Origin: Macrostomum lignano
Taxonomy: Eukaryota
DNA: 64,000 nt
Assembly (NCBI GenBank): GCA_002269645.1
Contig: NIVC01000040.1
Span: 620,001 to 684,000, forward strand
Direction of reading: 5' to 3'
Position 1 is the stretch's first letter. Each line of letters begins with the position of its first letter. Position numbers and translations under genes: made by a program. The notes under the pieces were generated by a model. That model did not search any database. It saw only the letters and a list, made by a program, of their open reading frames with translations, and had not been told where the DNA came from. Below, piece by piece: positions 14,401 to 24,839 of this stretch.

Positions 14401-15724
14401 CAGTGAGATTCAGTTGGGCTGAGTGAGATTCAGTGGGGCTGAGTGAGATTCAGTTGGGCTCAGTGAGATTCAGTAAATTCAGTAGAATCTGTCATACGGC
14501 CAATCGCTAGGCTGTCCTTCCGTGCGGCTTCAATTTAGTCGCACGCAGAAGTGATATTAATTAAGCTAATTAGTCAAATTCCCTCACCTCCTTGTTGGAG
14601 ACTGAGAGACAGCGAATATACAGGGGCAACGAAACCTTCGCGATTGAATATATAAGAAAAAACGAAGCTACGGATGTCTAATTACATGTAGGTCTGTTAA
14701 TTAAAGCCTCTAAAACTGACTGACTGACTTCTTTTACTTTGCTAATTGTAACGAGCATGGCTTTCGAGTTGCATAACGGATTTAAAAAATTAAAGAGAAA
14801 AAAGAGAGTAGACATCTAAGAGCATCATTTTAGTATATAAGACTGCAGGTCTGGGTCATAGTTTTAACGTCCAACGTATCTTGCTCGCCTAAAAGTGCAA
14901 CTAAGATATGGATAAATGATTGCAATATGGATAACGGTGCAGTCTTTTTGTTCTCTTATGTTTATATAACGGTGAAACTGACACTAAAATTGCGGCAGTG
15001 TTGGGAAATTTCGATCTTATAATGCTGTCTAGGGCCGCAGCTCAGTGGTCTAGCGTAGCGCTCTGATGTACCAGCGGCCCAGGCTCGATTCCTAATTCTG
15101 CAGTCAAATTAATTTGGGGCTAAATTGGAATCTCGGCTTGGCTCTGCTCGTGCAATTAACGCCCTTGAGGCCCAAACCTTAAGGCACAGTGAAGTGTGCA
15201 TGCCTAACGATAAATAAAGTTAGGGCCGGCTGTACACTCCTGTGTGAGTGTGTGCCTGTGCGTATGACTGCGTACGTATCCGCGCGCTTGTATGCCTGCT
15301 CAGGGGAGTCGGCGTTTGTGTGACAATATTGCACAGGATGCTCATAGCCTGTTGCTTCGAATTAAATAAAGGCCTTCCTACCTCTCCTTGGCAGCCCTAC
15401 CGTCTGCTGCCCTACTTCGAGCCCGTATTTGTAGACGGAGTCGGCAAATGCGGCATCCGATTCGATTCGGATCGGAATCTGGCCAGGTTGAGCAGCCCGG
15501 TGCCCGTGCTGATCATTCACGCCCAGGACGATCGGGTGGTGCCCATAGAGCTGGGCAGGCAGCTCAGGGACTATCTGAACACGGCCCGGGGTGGCGCCGA
15601 TATTAGCGCCGTTCGTTTCTTAGAATTGCCGGCCAACAAAGGCTACAAGCACACCAGGGCGGTGGATGCGCCAGAGGTTTACGTTGAATTTCAACGCCTG
15701 ATTGAGACCACTCGGGGTTTATAG
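8717..15724 (+). CDS. ABHD12: ABHD12-like alpha/beta hydrolase (lyso-PS/monoacylglycerol lipase). Exons 8717-8840, 9575-9871, 10004-10133, 10971-11094, 15395-15724; 1005 nt, about 334 aa
   Basis: N-terminal TM segment ending VVFFNL, then LLYYHGN, LALDYRG|YGDSEG, nucleophile motif LWGHSLGTG, GLVLESPF, IIHAQDDRVVP and YKHT. All introns are GT-AG with matching phases (1,1,2,0). Confidence 0.9.
8862..9510. repeat. 23-bp minisatellite filling ABHD12 intron 1
   Basis: ATGAGAATCAGTTTGATCCCATC, about 28 copies. Confidence 0.95.
10180..10850. repeat. C/A-rich composite minisatellite in ABHD12 intron 3
   Basis: CACCCCAAAACACGCC variants with a ~54-bp higher-order unit from about 10500 to 10830. Confidence 0.9.
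11191..12134. mobile_element. Mutator-like MITE (9-bp TSD, GG termini, inverted subterminal repeat arrays)
   Basis: Direct repeat CCCAAGACG at 11182-11190 and 12135-12143. Imperfect TIR GG....CGA.GTTTGCCTGCG. Arrays of ACGTTTGCCAGC(CG) on the left and their reverse complement on the right. Confidence 0.55.
11399..11495. repeat. (CTA)n microsatellite
   Basis: About 31 near-perfect CTA units. Confidence 0.95.
12220..14480. repeat. 23-bp satellite (about 2.1 kb) followed by a derived 20-bp array, in ABHD12 intron 4
   Basis: CTGAGATTCAGTAGATAGATTCA, about 90 copies, grading into GAGTGAGATTCAGT(T/G)GGGCT from about 14320. Confidence 0.97.
15032..15095 (+). mobile_element. tRNA-derived SINE head
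   Basis: A-box-like CAGCTCAGTGGT and B-box-like GGCTCGATTCC at tRNA spacing. No intact cloverleaf. Confidence 0.45.
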
Positions 15725-16399
15725 ATTATTTTTAGTGCAAATCGTTACTAATAGTAGTTTCATAAGAGAAAAAAAATTCTATTTTATCTATTCGGCTCAA
15801 GAATAGCATGGGTTATTAGGTACTGATTTTGAAGTTTATTGTGTATTTACGATTTATAGGAAAGATTTGTAAGTCCAATCCGACTACCGATATGTAGTTT
15901 AAAAATCTTTATTAAATAGCGATTTTTATAATATGCTGTTATAAAAATTTTAGAACAAACGTAGAATAAAGAGGAAAAAATTTTCAGTGATAGTGGAATT
16001 GTAATTCACTCAGAATAGATTAGTCTTATCTGCCGATATGTATCGTAGGACACTTTGTTCGGGCGTATACGGATATTTTTAGATTTCGTTTCTTAGAAAA
16101 TTGAGCTTATTAATTAATTTTTTCGTTTGAAAATGTTTTTTATTTGCAAATAGGAATTCAGTTTCTATGCTTTGTGCTTAATTTCTCAAAACTATAGTGA
16201 TTTGTTGTCGAGCAGTGCATAATTATTAGTTATTAATTTTATCTAATTTCTTGTTTCACGAATTTTTAAGGATTTTACGCTTTGTCAACTAAATGTTGAA
16301 TTTCTAACTTATTTTTAAAAGCTAAAAAGCAGTAAGCCTAAGTATTGAAGTTAAAATATCCAGAATGTACATGGATATAATTGGAATAAAACACGGATA

Positions 16400-17362
16400 T
16401 AACCAGAAGACTCTAGAATATAACATGGATTGGATATATCCCAATGGATCTAGAATATAACACGGATATAACCCAAAAAATCTAGAATATAACACGGATA
16501 TAACCCTATGGATCTAGAATATAACACGGATATAACCCAAAGGATCTAGAATATAACACGGATATAACTCAAAAGGATCTAGGATATAACACGGATATAA
16601 CCCAAAAAATCTAGAATATAACACGGATATAACCCAAAGGATCTAGGATATAACACGGATATAACTCAAAAGGATCTAGGATATAACACGGATATAACCC
16701 AAAGGATCTAGAATATAACACGGATATAACTCAAAAGGATCTAGGATATAACACGGATATAACCCAAAGGATCTAGAATATAACACGGATATAACTCAAA
16801 AGGATCTAGGATATAACACGGATATAACCCAAAGGATCTAGGATATAACACGGATATAACCCAAAGGATCTAGGATATAACACGGATATAACCCAAAGGA
16901 TCTAGAATATAACACGGATATAACCCAATGGATCTAGAATATAACACGGATATAACCCAATGGATCTAGAATATAACACGGATATAACCCAAAGGATCTA
17001 GAATATAACACGGATATAACCCAAAGGATCTAGAATATAACACGGATATAACTCAAAAGGATCTAGGATATAACACGGATATAACCCAAAAGGATCTAGG
17101 ATATAACACGGATATAACCCAAAGGATCTAGAATATAACACGGATATAACTCAAAAGGATCTAGGATATAACACGGATATAACCCAAAGGATCTAGAATA
17201 TTACACGTATATAACTCAAAAGGATCTAGAATATAACACGGATATAACCCAAAAGGACCTAGAATATAACACGGATATAACCCAAAAGGATCTAGAATAT
17301 AACACGGATATAACCCAAAAGGATCTAGAATATAACACGGATATAACCCAAAAGGTCTAGAA
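16400..17362. repeat. 32-33-bp minisatellite
   Basis: GGATCTAGAATATAACACGGATATAACCCAAA(A), about 29 copies. Confidence 0.95.
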
Positions 17363-17770
17363 TAGGTTTTAATCTCCTTGCTTTAGCTTGCCTTGCGAAA
17401 TTTCTATAATAGTAGTCATCTATATAACGGTATAGTAGTCATATAATTGTTTAGATTCGATGTTACACCCGTTATATAAGCAATACTGTAGTTGATTTTT
17501 GTCACAAAATGCATTGCGCTGTTACATGTACTATGATTTCCTATTTACTAGATTTTTATATTGCTACAAATACTTTAATTGTTAGCGTTTAATTATCTAA
17601 TTAGCAAATAAACTTCTAACAGATTCAATATAATTTAAGCCATAATACTTTAAGTTTAATTTCGTCAATATTTTCGTGAACTCAATAAAGTCGAAAATTA
17701 TAGATCGTACACAACTTTTACTTACTATACTTATGATAATATTCATGCTTCTCTCGTAAAAAATCCTGAA

Positions 17771-20700
17771 ATGCGCTTAACAAAGCTACTAACAGTAGCA
17801 TCATTTGCATTCTGTCTGGCCTCGCTCTGCCAGTGCCGCTACACGCCCGATTGGGCCTCGTTGGATTCGCGCCCTCTGCCCGCCTGGTACGACCAGAGTA
17901 AAATTGGCATCTTTATCCACTGGGGCGTGTTCTCGGTGCCCTCCTACCACAGCGAGTGGTTCTGGTGGTACTGGCAGGGCACGGACAAACAGAAGGACGT
18001 GGTGAACTTTATGAAACAGAATTATCCTCCCGGTTTCACCTACGCCGATTTTGCGCCAAAATTTAAAGCGACATTTTTTAATCCGGACCAATGGGCGGAG
18101 CTTTTCGACTCGGCTGGTGCGAAGTACGTCGTGTTCACTAGCAAGCATCACGAGGGCTATTGCAACTGGGATACTGCTTATAGTTTTAATTGGAACTCGG
18201 TACGTTTCAAGGTCGATTTTGTTGTATTTTCAAAAGGCCTAATTTTTCTGTCTTTTAAAGACCGAATTTCGTATCTTCAAGGCCAATTTTGCAGCGTTTT
18301 GAAGGCCGATATTCGCAGGGTTTTGAAGGCCGATATTCGCAGGGTTTTGAAGTCCGATATTCGCAGGGTTTTGAAGGCCGATTGTTGCAGGGTTTTTAAG
18401 TCCGATATTCGCAGGGTTTTTAAGGCCGATTGTTGCAGGGTTTTCAAGGCCGATTGTTGCAGGGTTTTGAAGGCCGATTATTGCAGGGTTTTGAAGGCCG
18501 ATTTTTGCCGGGTTTTGAAGGCCGAATGTTGCAGTGTTTTGAAGACCGATTGTTGCAGGGTTTTGAAGGCCGATTTTTGCCGGGTTTTGAAGGCCGATTT
18601 TTGCCGGGTTTTGAAGGCCGATTTTTGCCGGGTTTTGCAGGCTGATTTTTGCAAGGTTTTGAAGACAGATTTTTGCCGGGTTTTGAAGGCCGATTGTTGC
18701 AGTGTTTTGAAAACCGATTGTTGCAGGGTTTTGAAGGCCGATTTTTGCCGGGTTTTGAAGGCCGATTTTTGCCGGGTTTTGCAGGCCGATTTTTGCAGGG
18801 TTTTGAAGACAGATTTTTGCCGGGTTTTGCAGGCCGATTTTTGCAGGGTTTTGAAGACAGATTTTTGCCGGGTTTTGAAGGCCGATTGTTGCAGTGTTTT
18901 GAAAACCGATTGTTGCAGTGTTTTGAAAACCGATTGTTGCAGGGTTTTGAAGGCCGATTTTTGCAGGGTTTTGAAGGCCGATTTTTGCCGGGTTTTGCAG
19001 GCTGATTTTTGCAAGGTTTTGAAGACAGATTTTTGCCGGGTTTTGAAGGCCGATTGTTGCAGTGTTTTGAAAACCGATTGTTGCAGGGTTTTGAAGGCCG
19101 ATTTTTGCCGGGTTTTGAAGGCCGATTTTTGCCGGGTTTTGCAGGCCGATTTTTGCAGGGTTTTGAAGACAGATTTTTGCCGGGTTTTGAAGGCCGATTG
19201 TTGCAGTGTTTTGAAAACCGATTGTTGCAGTGTTTTGAAAACCGATTGTTGCAGGGTTTTGAAGGCCGATTTTTGCAGGGTTTTGAAGGCCGATTTTTGC
19301 CGGGTTTTGCAGACCGATTTTCGCAGGGTTTTGCAGACCGATTTTCGCAGTGTTTTGAAAACCGATTGTTGCAGGGTTTTGAAGGCCGATTTTTGCGGGG
19401 TTTTGAAGGCCGATTTTTGCCGGGTTTTGCAGGCCGATTTTTGCAGGGTTTTGAAGACAGATTTTTGCCGGGTTTTGAAGGCCGATTGTTGCAGTGTTTT
19501 GAAAACCGATTGTTGCAGTGTTTTGAAAACCGATTGTTGCAGGGTTTTGAAGGCCGATTTTTGCAGGGTTTTGAAGGCCGATTTTTGCCGGGTTTTGCAG
19601 ACCGATTTTCGCAGGGTTTTGAGGACCGATTGTTGCAGGGTTTTGAAGGCCGATTTTTGCAGGGTTTTGAAGGCCGATTTTTGCAGCGTTTTGAAGGCCG
19701 ATTTTTGCGGGGTTTTGAAGGCCGATTTTTGCGGGGTTTTGAAGGCCGATTTTTGCGACCTTTTCAAAGCCAATTCTCGCTGCATTTTAAACATTATTTT
19801 TTGTTTTACTCAAAGGGACAACTATTGAGCTATTGACCTAGAGACAATTTTAAATGCTTTGGAAGAGAAATTCTTTTAGTTAGAAGAATATTTTGTTACA
19901 TTTTTAACAAGTTGTTTATAGTTAATCGACCCCTGGTCCGATTATGCTTAAAACCTGCACTCGCAGAAGCAAGTCGGCCCCAACCGCGACCTCGTTGCTG
20001 ATTTGGCGGCCGCGATCCGGAAGCGTCCCGGCCTTCGGTTCGGCCTCTACCATTCCCTGTACGAATGGTTCAACCCGCTGTACCAGAATGACCAGCGCTC
20101 CCAGTTCAAGACCAGAGATTTTGTCCTGTCTAAAACCATGCCAGAGCTGTACGAGTTGGTTAATCGCTTCAAACCTGATGTCGTATGGAGCGATGGAGAC
20201 TGGGACGCCCCGGCGGAGTATTGGAATTCCACCGGGTTCTTAGCCTGGCTTTATAACGACAGTCCAGTCAATGATAGCGTAGTTACTAATGATCGTTGGG
20301 GCAAAGGTGTCATGTGCAATCACGGCGGTTATTACACCTGTCAGGACCGGTACAATCCGGGCATTTTGCAGCCTCATAAATGGGAGAATTGCATGACTCT
20401 GGATAAGCTGAGCTGGGGCTATCGGCGGGATGCCCGGCTGGCCGACTATCTGACGCCTCAGGAGCTGCTGAGTGAGTAGGCCTGATTGTAATTGATCATT
20501 TTAGTGCCCTGATTTGACCTCGGTATATTGACTCTTGATTTCTTGCTCTTTGAAGTCACGTGACTTAGTTTACTTTAGTTGGGTCTAACGTAACCTGCTC
20601 CGTTGACTTTGGTGTCACGTGACTGCATTCTCCATAGTTTTCTATAGTTGTGTGTGTCACGTGACCTCATAGATTGCTGTAGTTTTGTGTCACGTGACAG

Positions 20701-21564
20701 CTTAAGTTACTCTAGTTTTGTATCACTTGACTGTATATTAGTTACTGTAGTTTTGTGCCACGTGACTTCAGGTTGCTGTAGTTGTATGTCACGTGACTGC
20801 AAATATTGCTGTAGTTGTGTGTCACGTGACTGCAAATATTGCTGTAGTTGTGTGTCACGTGACTGGCTTTTTGCAGTTGGGTGTCAAGTGATCTGCTTGA
20901 TTTGACTATGCGTCACCTGACTGGTTTTATTTCGATTGTTTCGAAATGTTAAGCAGCCAGCCTCCGGATTTTGGCGTCTCACGTGACCTGCAATTAGTTT
21001 TTAATATTCTGTTAGTCTCATATATTCTGTTAGTCCCGACTTCAAACAGCAAACTACTAGATGTTCTCTCCCCCCACAGGCACCCTAGCAACCACAATCA
21101 GCTGCGGCGGCAATCTGCTAGTTAACGTCGGTCCAACAGCCGACGGCACAATCGACCCGGTGATGGAGGAGCGGCTCAGGCAACTGGGCAGCTGGCTCAG
21201 AACCAACGGCGACGCGGTGTACAACTCCACACCCTGGACTAGGCAGAATGATACCGCCACCAGCGGAGTGTGGTACACCCAGCGGGCCGGCTCTGTGTAC
21301 GCCTTCCTGCTGACCTGGCCGGCTAACGATCGGCTGTTGCTAGGCTCCGTTGCCATGGCAACCAATGTCACCCTTTTGGGTCATCCGAAGCGACCGGCAT
21401 TTTCAGCTACGCCGAAGGGTTTGTCGGTGGCTCTGCCAAGTCTGGATGGCACAGGGCTGCGCTGGGCTTGGGTGCTGCGGCTCGACGGAGTGAAGCCTCC
21501 AAAGACAGCGGAGCGGCCGCGCATCTTCGAGCCAATGCCGAATAGAGAGTTCGATCGGCTGTAG
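17771..21564 (+). CDS. FUCA: Lysosomal alpha-L-fucosidase (GH29). Exons 17771-18199, 19967-20471, 21080-21564; about 472 aa
   Basis: Signal peptide, [45 protein letters not shown]|[10 protein letters not shown], nucleophile VWSDGD, NDRWG, KWE and [13 protein letters not shown]. Intron phases 0 and 1 are consistent. Confidence 0.96.
18290..19760. repeat. 24-bp minisatellite filling FUCA intron 1, stop-free in several frames
   Basis: GCAGGGTTTTGAAGGCCGATTTTT, about 60 copies. It explains the long repetitive ORFs ([24 protein letters not shown]). Confidence 0.95.
20555..20986. promoter_or_regulatory. Cluster of CLEAR/E-box palindromes (GTCACGTGAC) in FUCA intron 2
   Basis: Seven perfect GTCACGTGAC (20555, 20614, 20656, 20689, 20788, 20821, 20854) plus variants at about 20722, 20757, 20912 and 20977. 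Regulatory function is inferred. Confidence 0.5.
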
Positions 21565-21639
21565 ATTGGGATGCAGAGTTCGGGACTGTTGCTGATTCTT
21601 TATATACTGTGCGATTGCCATTGTCACTCTTGCAATACG

Positions 21640-22970
21640 GTTTTCACTCCAGGTCTGTCACTTTGAGATTGTCACTCCTGAGTTTGTCACTCTGATATTG
21701 TCACTCTTGAGTTTGTCACTCTGAGATTGTCACTCTGAGATTGTCACTCTTGTAATACGGTTTTCACTACAGGTCTGTCACTCTGAGATTGTCACTCTTG
21801 TAATACGGTTTTCACTCCAGGTCTGTCACTCTGAGATTGTCACTCCTGAGTCTGTCACTCTGATATTTTCACTCTCAAGATTGTCACTCTGAGATTGTCA
21901 CTCTTGTAATACGGTTTTTACTCCAGGTCTGTCACTCTGAGATTTTCACTCTGAGATTGTCACTTTGAGATTGTCACTCTAAAATTGTCACTCTGAGATT
22001 GTCACTCTAAGCTTGTCACTCTGAGATTGTCACTCTAAGCTTGTCACTCTGAGATTGTCACTCTAGGATTGTCACGCTAAGTTTGTCGTTCTGAGATTGT
22101 CACTCTAATTTTGATTCTTTAATTTTGATCTCTCTGAGATTGTCACTGTGAGATTTTCACTCTAAGTTTGTCACTATGAGATTGTCACTCTAAGCTTATC
22201 ACTCTGAGATTGTCACTCTGAGATTGTCACTCTAGGATTGTTACGCTAAGATTGTCACTCTGAGATTGTCACTCTAAGCTTGTCACTGAGATTGTCACTC
22301 TAGGATTGTCGCGCTAAGTTTGTCACTGTGAGATTGTCACTCTAAGCTTGTCACTCTGAGATTGTCACTCTAAGCTTGTCACTGAGATTGTCACTCTAGG
22401 ATTGTCGCGCTAAGTTTGTCACTGTGAGATTGTCACTCTAAGCTTGTCACTCTGAGATTGTCACTCAAAGCTTGTCACTGAGATTGTCACTCTAGGATTG
22501 TCGCGCTAAGTTTGTCACTCTGAGATTGTCACGCTAAGTTTGTCACTCTGAGATTGTCACTCTAAGCTTGTCACTGAGATTGTCACTCTAGGATTGTCGC
22601 GCTAAGTTTGTCACTCTGAGATTGTCACGCTAAGTTTGTCACTCTGAGATTTTCACTCTAAGCTTGTCACTCTGAGATTGTCACTCTAAGTTTGTCACTC
22701 TGAGATTGTCACTCTAAGCTTGTCACTCTGAGATTGTCAATCTAGGATTGTCGCGCTAAGTTTGTCACTCTGAGATTGTCACTCTAGGATTGTCACGCTA
22801 AGTTTGTCACTCTGAGATTTTCACTCTGAGATTTTCACTCTAAGTTTGTCACTCTGAGATCGTCATTCCGAGATTGTCACTCTAAGATTGTCACGCTAAG
22901 TTTGTCACTCTGTCACTATGAGATTGTCACTCTAAGATTGTCACTCTGAGATTGTCACTCTGGGGTTTTC
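21640..22970. repeat. 14-bp-based composite minisatellite downstream of FUCA
   Basis: GAGATTGTCACTCT and variants over about 1.3 kb. Confidence 0.95.
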
Positions 22971-23727
22971 ACTGAAGTTTTTTATTACGGGTATCTCTTT
23001 ATGATTCTCATTTATTGATTTTTCCACTCTTCACGTATGTTTGTCACTCCGGAACTTTTACTTCGAGATTGTCACCCTCGCATATTTTTATTCCAGGTCA
23101 CTCTCGTGGAATTGAAGCCAAATGCGATCAGACTGCACTTGTAGCAGTTCAAATTTATATTTGGTCGTTTTTTATTGTCAATTTGGCATTACGAATATTA
23201 GTAAAGACGTAATACTCAGACAAACATTCGATTAGTTGTATTTGCTCAGGTGACTCAAATCATGTATCACTATTACCGGTAATGAATTAAAGTTTTTATA
23301 TAATTATACTTGTCAATAAATTGAAAATCTGTGAAGTTGCTTTCATCGTAAAAAATCAATCCTCGTAAAAATTTAATACCTTTTTTTCTCAGGTTCTTTA
23401 TATTTTATTAAGTTATTATCGGTTAATGCGTTGCAGACTACTAGGCATCTATGTGATGGTATGCTGCTTCAAATTGAAAGTGCAGTTGCCGTGACTCTTG
23501 AAGCAGTTGTTGGCAAACTTGGCTTATATCTGCATGCCAAAGCAGAGGACAGGAGAGGGGAGAGAGCTGGTCACAACCTGAAGCACATGTGCATATAGCC
23601 TGAAGCTTAGCCCTAAGTCCACTTGCACACGACTATTTTCTCGCCATAACTCTTCAAGGCCAACTCGACCGCCACCGCCGCCAACTCCGAGTCGGATTTT
23701 GTCCCTTCGCCAGCTCTCCGCCTGGCC

Positions 23728-24153
23728 ATGTGGACTCTCGAGTCTGTGTGCTCAGACCTGTCTGATGCGTCAGACAAGCGCGACAACAATGACGTCACCC
23801 TGACTGACGAGCACCTGGAACGGCTGGCCTATCATTTCGGCGACAATTTGCTGACATCGGCACTCGAGCTAGTCGACTCGGCGATGAAGTCGTCATCAAC
23901 AATGACTCTGATAAGCGCGGCACAATCTGGTCGATGGTTGCACCGGATTTCTGGCAGCTCAGGTGCGGTTTATTACTGCCTGATGGAGCGCCATTATTGC
24001 GCCTGCCCGGCTCACAGACTGGGCGTTGTACGCCGCGCCGAGGCGCCGATGTGTAAGCACGCGCTGGCGCTCCGCCTGGCCGATGCGTTGCGCCTAGTTG
24101 GCTCCGAGACCGTTGATGAAGATCAGTTTGATGAGATGCTCAAGCACACGTGA
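23728..24153 (+). CDS. ZSWIM7: SWIM zinc-finger protein ZSWIM7/SWS1 (Shu complex), single exon, 141 aa
   Basis: L..L.YHFG..L.SALELVD, then TLISAAQSGRWLHRISGSSGAVYYCL...HYCACPA...R.EAPMCKHALA (CxC-xn-CxH). Length matches the family, and there is an in-frame stop upstream of the ATG. Confidence 0.9.
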   Translation: MWTLESVCSDLSDASDKRDNNDVTLTDEHLERLAYHFGDNLLTSALELVDSAMKSSSTMTLISAAQSGRWLHRISGSSGAVYYCLMERHYCACPAHRLGVVRRAEAPMCKHALALRLADALRLVGSETVDEDQFDEMLKHT

Positions 24154-24229
24154 TGGAAATTCCTCTCCGCATTGCATTTTCTTCATTTATTGCTCATTGT
24201 TCATGTGTGTACCTTCCTTGTTCTGCCCA

Positions 24230-24560
24230 TTTTTGTTCTTTGTTCTCCTCTGTTGCCCTTCTCCGTCTCCTTTTCCCCCCTCTTTTCCCATCTAAATTCC
24301 CCTCTCGTTTTCCCTCTCTCCCCTCTCTCCCCTCTCTCTCACCTCTTTATCCCTTCCTCCAACCTTCTTCCCTCTCTTTCCCCTCTCCTGCCCTCTCTCT
24401 CCAATCTTTTTCCCCTATTTTTCCCCTCGTTTTCCTCTCGTTTACCCCCTCTCTTCCCCTCTCTTTCCCCTCTTTCCCCTCTCGTTTACCTCTCGTTTCC
24501 CCCTCTTTCCCACCCCTTCTTCATTATCTCCTCTCTCCATCCACCCCGTTTGCCAATGCT
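24230..24560. repeat. CT-rich low-complexity tract
   Basis: Almost pure pyrimidine. A similar tract lies at about 1060-1200. Confidence 0.85.
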
Positions 24561-24839
24561 TTCCAATTCTTCCTATCCCAGTATATGCTTTAAAATTCTT
24601 AAAGCCGTTATCCATCATTTACATGTCGGAAATTTTTTGTCTGCTTACATAATAAGAATTTTCAGCGACAACAAAAATACACTAAAGGTTTTGTTTATGT
24701 TTGTAATTGTTTGTTTGTCTTTATTTATTTTGTTTTTTAGCCAAACAACATTGGTTAACATCAGCAAATGTACTCGTAGTAGTAAAATAATATTTAGTAC
24801 TTTGAATCTGCATTTATGTCAAATCTGCGCACCTGACAC

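Noticed and set aside
12220-17362. CRISPR-like regular repeats (23-bp and 32-bp arrays)
   Set aside because: Head-to-tail repeats without unique spacers, in a eukaryotic intron/intergenic context, with no cas genes.
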